A DNA stretch of 60,059 bases, counting the filler, from Hausera hauseri (taxonomy: Eukaryota), in NCBI GenBank assembly GCA_046269625.1. It is 11 parts of 11 records of this genome, joined end to end, with 100 filler letters (N's around TTAATTAATTAA, not from the genome) between each part and the next. Parts side by side here need not be neighbours in the genome. Positions count along the whole stretch, not along the records: positions 35,794 to 40,625 come from JBJURY010420919.1; positions 40,726 to 46,290 come from JBJURY010229962.1; positions 46,391 to 50,394 come from JBJURY010825972.1; 8 more parts are not named here. One strand, written 5' to 3'. Of the stretch, positions 38,701 to 50,494 are shown piece by piece (position 1 is the stretch's first letter; each line of letters opens with the position of its first letter). The translations under genes were made by a program, and so were the position numbers. The notes beneath the pieces were generated by a model. It did not search any database. It was not told where the DNA came from and worked only from the letters and a program-made list of their open reading frames with translations.

Positions 38701-40625
38701 ATGCTGGCTTTCTAAGTTCATCGGAATTGGTGGGGTTGTTGGCTTGATTATCGATGAATGCCCATGTACCAGTCCACAATGGAAAATACTACGGGATCGT
38801 TGCAACTTACATTTTATTCCGTCTAATGTAACTAGTTCGTGCTGTTGATACAGCACTTAATTTTTCTCTTTTGTTTTTAGTTTATGTGGTCTCGCATCTT
38901 CACACATTTCTATGTCCATTAATGAGTATTTTTGGCCAAGTTTAAATTTGTCGCAGTCGTACACTGTAACTGCACCCATTTGTCTTATTAACATCATCAC
39001 GATTAAGAAGTTAATTAACCAGTTTGGCTCGTTTCCTCTATTATTTCCAGCTACGTTTCGTAACAAGTCTTCAAATCTATTATTGCCAAGGAAGGGTTTA
39101 TTTTGATGTTCGTCTTTTTCAAATAATTTGGACCAATTTACTTCTCGGGACAGTTTCCTGACAGCCTTCCTTGCCAAGCTAGTGGTCTTATTAAATTCGT
39201 TTTTTCGGACCGGATTGGTTTTAACGGCCAAATATAGCAACGCTTTTCTTAACTCCTCCACGGTGTTCTCTACTATAATTTTCTCGATTACCGCTTCATC
39301 GCTTAAGGTGCTTCTGGATAATTTACACCGAAAATTTTTCATGGCCTTGGCTGCATTAAATATAGTCTTCTCTTTTTCGTCTAGTATATCACCACCGAGA
39401 CTAGAGTGATTTTTTCATGAGTTCATTCAGTTCTTCGTCATCTGCACTGAGGGTCGGTACGGACATTTGTCTCAATTTTCTGATTAAGTCCCTATTATAA
39501 TCGATTTCTTTTCGTGTCTTTCGCGGCCTACCGACAGGACGCTTCTGTTTCGTTACAGTCGGTTCGGTATCACTGGTTGGTACTAGATACTTATCATATT
39601 GTTCCTTGTCTTCGTCTGTTTGCAAGTATTTGAGGTACATTGCTGCATCTCGAACTCATACAATTCATCCTACCCACTGTTCAGTCTTTGCTTTCCTTGT
39701 GGCCTCTTGTTTCGTCAGTGGGAATCGTTACTACTATCCGGTTTGCATCGTCTGGAATAATTCCGACTTCTATTAGTAGTTCCAGTTTGTCTAATATTTT
39801 TCCTCTAAAATAAAGTCTACAGATCAGCTCATTTGTATGGCCATTGCTCCTTAACCACAGTGCTACATCCTTTACAAGATAACGTGTAGTAAACTCGTGC
39901 TCATTCTCGTCCATCCAGTCGGGCGTTATTCTTACTTTAATCGTCTCTTTGGGCCTTGTCTTTAAGATTTTAGCATATTATTTGATTAAAAGTTTAGGTG
40001 CAGCACTATAAATCGTACCTTCGCTGGCTAATTTAGTTAGGGTGGGAACTAACTGCCTTAATTGATTTTCAGTAAGGTTTACATTGATTAACTTAATCAG
40101 ATCATTTTCAGTTTGTGCTGAATCCAGAAGCATCTTCACGCTGAATTTCTGATCTGGTGGACACGCCTCCGTTTTGTACAAGTGCACCGGAGTTTTCGGG
40201 TTTTTGGCGAATATTGCATTCAGATACGCGTCCCATTCGTTTTCTTTTTCGGGTAGTCCGAAATCAATCTCCGGAGTTTCTAACGGTCGGACTAAGTTCG
40301 CATCCTTTATTGATTCTTTTAGTTCCCTTAGTTTTTGTTGCATTATAACCATTTGCGTGGTTTGGAAACAACGTCATTTTCCGGAAGTTTGGCGTAATAT
40401 TGTTAGCAGCTGACATAATTCTTCAGCTGATATAAATCCTTGTTCTTGATAATTAGTTAGCTCAGATGCTACGTCTCTTTGCCATCTTTGCACAAATTGT
40501 GACTTGTCAGCCTTTTCTGCTTCTGTAAGAGCATACTTAGTTTTATAAATTTCGAGTTCTTTAGTTAGTTCGTCTAATCTTACCGCTCTCTGTTTGGTTT
40601 TAATGCAAGTTTCTTCAACTTGTCG
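35794..40625 (-). mobile_element. Family B copy 2: coiled-coil/Ubl/AT-hook region - chuvirus-like glycoprotein - PR (decayed)
   Basis: RLYFRGKIL Ubl-like motif; VGRPRK; signal peptide and glycoprotein; EGRP..WEVYALLN protease start and VVLGCDLL. Homologous to contigs 5 and 8. Confidence 0.88.
37230..39022 (-). pseudogene. Chuvirus-like envelope glycoprotein, family B
   Basis: WLINFLIVMMLIRQMGA / VTVYDC...YSLMDIEMC; IFHCG; CNGAEY; NDCKL; GEVLLTY; CIQELPV; TRVL; IGQAASGFLAIYFLIQLIKAIIQAII membrane region. Confidence 0.85.
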
Positions 40626-40725
40626 NNNNNNNNNNNNNNNNNNNNNNNNNNNNNNNNNNNNNNNNNNNNTTAATTAATTAANNNNNNNNNNNNNNNNNNN
40701 NNNNNNNNNNNNNNNNNNNNNNNNN

Positions 40726-43700
40726 GGGATAGGTTAAAATAGCCAACTGTACAATAAAATGATAAATAACGACTGTAAATTAAATATGGAAATTATGAGG
40801 ACAAAATTAGCCCTTATTTATGCGAATCCTAAGTTAGCCTCACCTATCATTCCCATGAGAGAAGAAAATTTTGGTCGAGTCACTGGTGAAGTAGTACTAA
40901 CATATGAATGCGAGAAAAGAGACGTACCAATTAATGTCGAGGAAAACGATGCATACAAGAACTTCCTGCGATCTATCAGAATACTCGGCGCTTAGCTATG
41001 CCTCTCACCAGAGTGTTGCTCGATAATGCGACACAACCAACCATTATAAAAGATTGTAAAGCAAGTTTGGGCGAACCAATGTTTAGGCGTAGCGAAACAG
41101 GTTGGATTAGCTTACCCAATGGAGGTGTCACTATTATTCCTAAAAAACTAAATGGGACTAATTTAGCAAAAGGAATTACCGACGACAAGCTCCAGGATAC
41201 ATCTCAAAACGGCATTTACAGACCAAAAGAGATCGAAGCTTTTCGACAATTTCGTGATTTTCCACGACAGCGAACACACAAATTAAACCGAGCTATGTCA
41301 TCAGTAGTAGACGATACCCGCCACCGGGCTAAATGGGAATACTTGCTTGACGCGAACCATTACTAGCGAGTAACCACAGAAATACTCTATAAAATATGGG
41401 GAGGATTTTTAATTTTTGAACAAGCTGCATCTGGATTCTCAGCAATCTATTTCATGGTACATCTGGTAAAGGCGGTAATCCAAGCGGTTATAAATGGGTA
41501 TGAAATATTCACGCTAACAGGATTTTATTGCAAGATCTTAACCGCGATTATCACACCGTTTGGCAAAATGCTAAAAGCATACGAAGAAAATCGATGGAAA
41601 AATGACGTTGAACGCCATGTCGGCTACTATAATTACAAACGTCGAGCAAGACCCATACTTTGACTGAAACGTATGGTTAAAAAACCAATGACTCGAACAA
41701 ATAACTCCAATGATGACGAGCCTAAGGGAGGAGATGCGATCCTCAGACAAAATAGACACAAAATTTATTCAGTAATTAGAGCACCTTTACCCATCATGCC
41801 GCCAAAGGCTCCAATATACGAGGATTGTGACAAAACATCTATGATGTCATATAGATCAGCATTCTGTTAGAAACCCTTCAGCTATGAAGATCCTTATGAA
41901 GGAACAAAACAATATGGAGTCTTAAAGAAGATGCAAATCACTAACCAACGACGAGCGGAAGACGACCATGGGATATTGTACTCACCGAGGATAGCTCGAA
42001 ATATAGAAACAAGATCAACAGTATGGTGAACGCAAGGAGTAAACTCGTTCTAAAAGCCAATAGTACAAGAACTATTAATTAGAAACAATACGAATAACAT
42101 GGCAGTTAACGACTTATACCCTAACGAAGAACTGAAACAGCTGACCGAAAATATTATTTCATTACCAGAGATAACGATAAACGAACATAAAATTTCCTCG
42201 ATTAAACGACCAAAAGACGTGTCAAGTTGTGATGGGTCAGTCATTGAAGGAAGACCCTTTACAAAAGTTATTATAGAAGATTGGGAAGTCTAAGGTTTAA
42301 TAGACACCGGATCAGAGAAGTCGTTTATCAAATTAGAATCGATACCGCCGACACTCCGAAAGCAACTGCAGCCGGCATCATCATCAGACCCAGGCAGCAT
42401 GGGAGCCTTCTGGCAAGAATCCAAACCAAAATTTAAATGGAGTCCTTTAGTCCAATTAATGGGCCAAATTCTACTACATGAGTTTGCCATAATGGATCAA
42501 TTAACCGATGATGAAGTGCTAGGTTGTGACATACTGAAACAATTACCCAATATCGCAATAAACTTACAGATTGGAAAGCTACTAGAACTTGGACCAGTGA
42601 AAGGAATTAAAACAATGAAAGAAAGGAAGCAAGGAGAAGTATGGATCCCCGTCGACGAAAATATTCCGCCTAAAACCGAAATGCTAATTTATGCTCAAAT
42701 CCGCGAAGAGGACGATTAACCAGTATATTTTGAGCCACAAGAAGACGTTAATCCAAATATTATACTCAGTAACATTTTGACAAGAGCAGCGAGAGGAAGA
42801 GTACCAGTCAGATTAGTGAATAACGCACCAACTCCTGTAAAATTATATGCCAATACTACTTTGGGTCATACTTATAAGGTATCAGCAATAACGATCGAAG
42901 AAAAGCCGTACAAATATGCCGAGTTTCCACCTCATGTTGAAACTAAATTTTCGGCAAAAGCATATTGTCAGTTTTACGAACTACTATGCAAATATAAGTC
43001 AATTATTGCCCAAAATAAAGAAGGCATAGATAGAGCGAAAACCTTAAGATTAACCATTCCATTAAAAAAGAAATCTGGATTTAATGACAAAATTGATTTG
43101 GAAGAGCAAAAAATGTCAAAATGGTACCCACCGCCTCATTTATTAAGGCCCGAAATAACTAAAGAAGTGGAACGCATGTTAAAGGCCGACATAATACGAT
43201 CAAGCTACCGATCTTGGTACTCACCAATACTTATGGTCAAGAAAAAGTGTACCACAAAACATCGATTCTGTATAGATTACCGAGTCTTAAATACATTGAT
43301 GATGAAGGACTCATTTCCACTACCATCAGTAAAGGAAGCTCTAGACAGATTATCAGGAGCAAAATAGTTTACCACACTGGATTTACAATCCGGATATTGG
43401 CAAGTAGAAATTGAAGAAGATGATCGTTATAAGACAGCATTTAAAACGCACGATGGAGTTTATGAATTTAACGTCATGCCGTCTGGTATAACAACCGGCC
43501 CAACTATTTTTACTAGAATGATGAGCAAGATGCTAATGGGACTAGCTCATGCGTTTGCGTATTTAGACGATGTAATGATAGCGTCCAGAACAGAAGAAGA
43601 ACACCTAAAGGACATCAAGGATACTCTTATGCGATTGGAACAGGCAGGATTGAAACTAAACCCAAAGAAATGCAAATGGACACAAAATGCTTTGTCTTAT

Positions 43701-46290
43701 CTCGGACATATAGTCAAAGAAGGAGGATCGAAGCTAGACAAATACTTATTAAACAAAATATCAGATTGTATGGAACCCAAAAATCAGGAAGAATTAAGAC
43801 ATTGGTTAGGCTTATCGGATATTATGCCACCTACGTATCAGACAATTCGAAAATAAATGCGCCGTTATATCGGCTATTGAAAAAAGGCATCAAATGGAAA
43901 TGGACCGATGTAGAACAGAAGGCGTTCGACGAAATGAAGAAAATTTTAACAATTGAATCAGTGTTAAGATACCCGGATTTCAATTTACCATTTATAATTA
44001 AAACAGACGCAAGTAAAGAATTATCTCAAAAATTGAATACGAAGAATTTGAGCATCCAGTTGCATACGGAGGACGATAGCTTAAGAAAGCTGAGACAAAC
44101 TATTCAGTCACTGAATTAGAGACACTAGTCGTAAAAAAAGCATTGAGACATTTAATGTCGATGTCTACGGACAGAAAATTACTATAGTTACCGATCATAA
44201 AGCTGTCACGACGTTAGAAGGACGGGCCAATAACCCACAATGCAGATTAAATTGGTGGATTGAGGAATTTTCGCGATACAATATTGAATTTCAATATAAA
44301 CCCGGAAGCAAACACATCGACGCAGACGCTCTATCAAGACTTAAAACAAAGACAAGCGCAATTACAGCCATGAAATAAATCAAGCTCGAAGAATTGGTCG
44401 AGCGACAGCAGACCCTGACACTAAATAAAACGATCAGAATTTCTGCAGAACAAGCTAAAAATAAAGTCATCCAACAGATAGTTAAATTTGTAGAGCAAGA
44501 CGAGATAACAAAAGGACGTCAACTAAAGAAACACTTACAGAGACACGGACACAAATATTATGCATCAAATTCGGATAATATTGTATATTACGAATGAAAG
44601 GGATGGAAATTGGTAGTTATTCCAAAAGGATTACGAACGAAAGTGTTAATGGCCGAACACGATTCACATTTAGTCAAACATGTCATGAAAGAAAAAATTA
44701 GAAAGGATATTGAATAAGTACTATTGGCCAAGTGTTTATATCGACGTGGAAAATTGGGTGGACGCTTGTGAAGTCTGCGCAACAAAACAAAGAAAATTGA
44801 AAAACTATATAGCAGAATTAAAACCTATCGACGTACCAGATAGATCTATGCAAGATATGTCTATGGATATAGTATGACCTTTACTTACAACTCATTAAAA
44901 TAACAAATATATTTTGACATGCGTAGATTGTTTAACGCACTTTGTGGAATTAATCGCATTAATTGATCAGAAAGCGGAAACATTAGCAGACGCAGTAGTA
45001 AGGAAAATCATCTGCAGATACAGACCGCCAGATCAAATATTGACCGATAGAGGAAGAAACTTTACAGCGAACTATTTGACAAAATTTCTAAAATCTTCCA
45101 AATCGAACGTATAAATACAACAGTTATACGTGTCTTATCAACCGTAGTAGCGAAGGATCAAAAAGACTGGGATGAATTTTTAGAAGGAACACAATTCGCT
45201 ATCAATACTACCCCACACCCCGCCACAGGATTTACACCATTTTTATGATGTATGGACGCAAAGCGATTTTACCTACGGACTTAAGAATGACTCCGTATCA
45301 CGCAAATCCAGAAGATTTAGAGCCAAACTTCGCAGAAGTCCTACAAATGAGACTACAAAAATGATGGGATATAGCTAAGACGCTTACTCTCGAGTATCAA
45401 GAACATTTTAAGAAAAAATATGATAAGAAGGCCAAACCTCATGATCTAGAAAAAGGAAACTGGGATTACGTATACTATCCAGTTGCAAAGAAAGGTACAT
45501 CATTAAAACTCACTCGCACTGGATGAGGTCCCTACAAAGTTATTCGAACCACACCAACTACGGTGTACATTAAGAAAAATGGCAAAGAAGAGGTAGTATC
45601 TATTCAGAGAGTTGTTAAAACAGAAATAAAACCCGAAAGACGTTACAATTTGCGATCTAGCTCGCAGCAAGATAGAAAGAAAACAAAAACATCCTCCATA
45701 ATCAATAGACCAATATCGTACATTCAAATAGTGTTAGCACTCTCGCTAATTGCCTCCTATATCCCGAAAACACAAGCTAACTGGTGGTACGACAGTAGAA
45801 CGAGATTGAATGTTGCTAAAACAGAAAAGAATTCAACAGTCGAAGTAAATCAAAGACAAAAAGATGTAAGATTATTACAAGCAATAAGGATCCACTATTA
45901 TTCGCCTAACTCCACATGCATTAGATTAAAAACACGAAAACCACTCCGAAATTCTGGAAGGATCCAAGTTATCTTAGATGATGTAATAACAAAGAAAACA
46001 AAGAACTGTGACTTTGAGTCCGGAGAACGTACGCAATGTTGCGACATAGATTTCGAACATACTTATAATCTGACCTATCTAATGTACCTACCAAAATTAT
46101 CTAAAATTTACGAAATAAAACCACAATTCCAACTAGTTATTCCTGTTTGGAATAGGCATCATGGAGTAAAACTGAACGAAATGTTGCGATCCACTGACCC
46201 AGACATAAGACTGCTAAACGAAAATATCCAGAAAATCTCTGTGAATAAGAAAAGACAATGTATTCAAGTAAATACTCGGACGGAACTAAC
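40726..46290 (+). mobile_element. Family B copy 3: glycoprotein C-half - PR - RT - RNase H - IN - post-IN domain
   Basis: NDCKL, GEVVLTYEC and QAASGF..IY (glycoprotein); LIDTGS; FCIDYRVLN, DLQSGYWQV and AYLDD; IKTDAS; CEVC; LTDRGRNF; GPYKV; RRYNLRS; then a hydrophobic segment. Confidence 0.92.
45700..46290 (+). CDS. Signal-peptide-led, Cys-containing domain fused after integrase (unknown function, truncated by contig end)
   Basis: In frame with the integrase GPY motif. ISYIQIVLALSLIASYIPKTQA / NWW...; NxS/T sequons; conserved in contig 5 (26014-26625, minus strand). Confidence 0.65.
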
Positions 46291-46390
46291 NNNNNNNNNN
46301 NNNNNNNNNNNNNNNNNNNNNNNNNNNNNNNNNNTTAATTAATTAANNNNNNNNNNNNNNNNNNNNNNNNNNNNNNNNNNNNNNNNNNNN

Positions 46391-49300
46391 AGCACTTGAA
46401 AAACTCGCCTTACTGGCTGATAAAAGCTTTGATATCCTTCAATCAAACAACTCACAACCAGTAGCTGTTGCAACCCCGCTTACGCAATCACAAACGGATA
46501 CGACTATGTTCACACAGCAACTAAAAGTAATGCAAAACAATTTGACTCCCTGCAATAGTCAATTTCAGCCATTACAGCTCAGCTAAATACTTTAGCTGTA
46601 TCTTGACGAGTTGAGACCCGCCACTTGCGTGAGCGTATCCTCTCTAGGCATTCTTTTAGTCACAAATCGCCGGACAGACAAATAATTTGTTTTTATTACG
46701 AAACGTTCCATAGAGACGCAAAGAAGTATATTTTAGGTTGTCGCTTTTATACCGAGCGTTTTTCAGTGGACACCCCCACTTGTATATATCACACAAAGTA
46801 TCAGTCCAAGGCTTTGTCATGTGTGCCAGGATGCAAACATTATAAAAAAATTTCAGCTTTTGTCCATTGTCTTCTCCTCCTCGCTGTTCTCTTTATTCAT
46901 CTTCATTTTCCCAAAAAATCTCAAAAAACTAATAACGCCGCCAGATGCCACGGCACACTTTGGCATAAGCAACACCGCCTCTTTAGTCTTTCTGTTGAAA
47001 GCTGCACTGTTATTTGGAGACACCTCACACAGACTTTCTTATCGACTGAGGAGCTGCTTTTTCACTTCCTCCTTTGTCCTTCTCTCCTACATATGATGCA
47101 GTTTTTCTCCTCCCCTCTTCACTGCATGTGGTCAACCCTTACAAATAGCAGGTATCACAAAATTGTCTTTCACATTCTCCAACCTGCCATGCAAATTTTC
47201 TTGGAAATTTTACTTAGCCATTATTAGATCGTCCATAATAGTCTCCGATTTCCTAGTTGCATACGATTTGTTAGTCGACTGTAAGCATGGATGTTCTCTG
47301 CGTAGAAATTCAGTTGTAGATGCCAACAAATGCCCACCAGACAACCAGTCGGTCAACTTCTTGTCTTCCTCTGTTCATTCAAATATGGATTTGACATGCT
47401 GTTCGTCTACTGATAACAACATGGTTAATATTTCATCCATATTTTCAATTACATCAAGTGGGACCAAGTCAATTTTGAAAAAATCGGTTGAATCGAATTT
47501 CATTAGTAGCATCCTAAGCCATTCTACGTTAGTCGCAGCAATTGACTCTTCCAATCATATTTCCCCATCATTCTTATCGCTAGAGGCCAATTTAAAATCC
47601 TACATCACAACTTCTTGCTTCCGCACACTCAAAAAGGACGTCAACTTCAAGTCGCCTTCTACAACTTATCACCACATAGTCATCGAACACCAAAGACCTA
47701 TTAGACAAAAGGTCAGACCACTGTCACCTTGTAGGCGAAAAATCGTTGAATCAGAGTTCAATAAACTCGAAAAGGCTGGCATTATTCGAAGATCAAAATC
47801 ACCATGGGCTTCACCATTGCATGTAGTAACAAAGAAAGATGGCACTTACAGACCATGTGGTGACTGTCGGCAGTTAAACAACCTAACAGCCCTGGATGCT
47901 TACGCTTTACCTCTCATAAAGGACATCCTGCACAGTTTTACTAATACTAATACGTACTCGACAATTGACTTGCATAAAGCTTACTATCAAATTCCGGTTG
48001 CACCTGATGATATTCCCAAAACTGCTGTTATTATTCCATTTGGCGTCTATGAATATATCTTTGTGTCATTTGGTTTATGTAGTGCTTCCCAAACTTTTCA
48101 ACGACACACTGATACCGTCCTCTCAGGCCTTGACTTTGCGCATCCATACATTGATGACATATTAGTTGCCTCTAAATCTGGTAAACAACATCAAGAACAC
48201 TTTCGTATCATCTTTCACAGACTACATCACAGGAATTTGCAAGTCAACTTCTCCAAGTGTCATTTTATTCAAAAACGTGTAAATTTCCTGGGTCACGTCA
48301 TCACGCCTCACGGCTACTCCCCACAACCGGAAAATATAACGCTACCTATAGTTTCTTTCACGTTATATCCGTCGATTTAAGGTTTTTGATAGATATTGGT
48401 CCTCAAAGATTCGATTAATTTTTTTTAATTGAAAATTGTGATCCACGAAATATGAGACAGTGACAGATCAGTTCGAAATAATATTTGGGCGATTTTGTTA
48501 TATTCCAGAATATCATACAATATGGCTACAAATACAAGCCTTGAAACTACTCGCAAACTGTATTTTAGTGGAAGGATTAGTATAAAACAAAAATTCCAAC
48601 TATCCAGCAATAATTCAAAATACAAATAACGCACATCAAGTAGACTAAAAAACTGAAATAACCATAATTGAACTATCCAAATAATCAATGAAAATACAGA
48701 TTTGCCAGTCTGATAATAAGAGAAATACTGTTATTTTTGTGTGGGGCAATGTGGGCACCACACTACCAACGATAATTACGGATATGAGGAGTTTCTTAGG
48801 CACACTTCACTTCATTCACAAATATGTACCGCATTGTTCTGAGCTTACAGCACCTTTTGCACATTTATCACCCGGAAAAAAGAGGCAGTCAATCCACTGG
48901 ACTCCTGATTTAGCCACCAAATTCGATGAGTTACGCGAAGGCGTAAAAACCGTCGAAATACGGGCCTATCCAGAGCGCAACGCAGATCTTATACTTACCA
49001 TCGATGCCTCTACCACAGCTGCTGGTGCAGTACTACACCATATCTCTAACGGCGTTGATGAACCATTAGAATTTTACTCCCGAAAACTCATACAACCCGA
49101 AAGCCATTACTATACGTTTGACAATAAAATATTTGCCATAGATTTGCCAGTAAAACATTTCAAACACCTACTTCTCTCTCGTCTATTCGTTATTCAAACT
49201 GACCACAAACCTCTCCTGCATATCATGTCGTTAAAACAGCCATCACCGAGGCAAGAACGACATGTATCATACTTGTCTACATTCAATTTTGTTTTACAAT

Positions 49301-50394
49301 ACATTTCAGGCACAGACAATTTGGTAGCAGATTTTCTATCGAGGTCGGTTGGCTCCATTATAGTTGAGCCGATTTTCTCACCGAAGTTTTAAAGGCCAAT
49401 CAACCGTTTGCTGACTTCCTGGGTTTTTTTAAATCCTTCGATATCATTGATGGTATTGCTTTTGATACGTCGAATTCCGGTAAAAAAAGATCACTCCAAC
49501 TCTACCTTTGCAAAAGCCAGCTTTCCTTCATACGCATTCACTCCATTATCCAGATTCGATAGAAACCTTTCGCCTGCTTCAACGTTATGTAATTTGGCCA
49601 TCAATACGCAAAGATATACAGGGCTGAGTTAAGGAATGCGTAGCCTGCCAAAAATACAAAATCAACAAACACCTCAAACCGCCGCTTTACCATTTCCCCT
49701 GTACATCGCGCTTTCATACAGTTCATCTTGATCTCGTTGGCCTTTACCTTATAACAACGGATATCAATATAATCTTACTATGATGGATCGTGCTTCTCGC
49801 TGGTCTAGAACCGTTCCTCTACGAGCAACAAACACTTATTCAATAGCCGATGAATTTATAAAAATCTGGATCAGTCGTTTTGGTTCCCCACGTTACATAA
49901 TAACGGATCAAGGTCCACAATTTGAATCAGAATTCTTCAAATCACTCATAAAACACCTGGAGATATCACATTTCCACACAACTCCATATCATCCTCAAGC
50001 AAATGGCCTCCTTGAAAGATTCCATTGAACAATGAAAGTCTCTTTAAAAATTTTAGCTGACAATCATCGCAATTGGACGTCCATCCTACCATTTGTTCTA
50101 CTAGGGTGGCGCAACACACCTTGGACCACTGTCGGTTGAGCTCCAGCCGAGGTACTCTTTGGGACTCCAATTCGGGCCTTATTTGAACTTCCTGATCTCG
50201 ATGACAACCCCAAGGATGAAAACATTCGTGCAGCACATTCTCTCTTCGTCGAGGTCAGCTCAAATTCATTCTGTTGTCTCTTTAACAACAACAAATGCTA
50301 TATTCCGAAGGATTTACGCTCCCTCAAGTTTGTGTGGCTGAAGGATCAACGTTCATATTTCGAACTTGAAGCCCGCTTTCTTCATTGACGACAT
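46391..50394 (+). mobile_element. Conventional Ty3/Gypsy element (gag end - PR remnant - RT - RNase H - IN) with two insertions
   Basis: ICFYYETFHRDAKKY..GC gag end; SPWASPLHVVTKKDGTYRPCGD, YIDD, TIDAS, TDHKPL, CVACQ, ITDQGPQFES and TPYHPQANG. Unrelated inserts at about 46780-47210 and 48345-48760. Confidence 0.9.
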
Positions 50395-50494
50395 NNNNNN
50401 NNNNNNNNNNNNNNNNNNNNNNNNNNNNNNNNNNNNNNTTAATTAATTAANNNNNNNNNNNNNNNNNNNNNNNNNNNNNNNNNNNNNNNNNNNN

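Noticed and set aside
35794-46290. Contigs 7 and 8 as one large inverted duplication or divergent gene pair
   Set aside because: They are separate contigs of diverged family B copies, placed together arbitrarily.
26014-46290. LTRs, PBS or PPT for families A and B
   Set aside because: Every copy is cut by contig ends within coding sequence, so no termini are visible.
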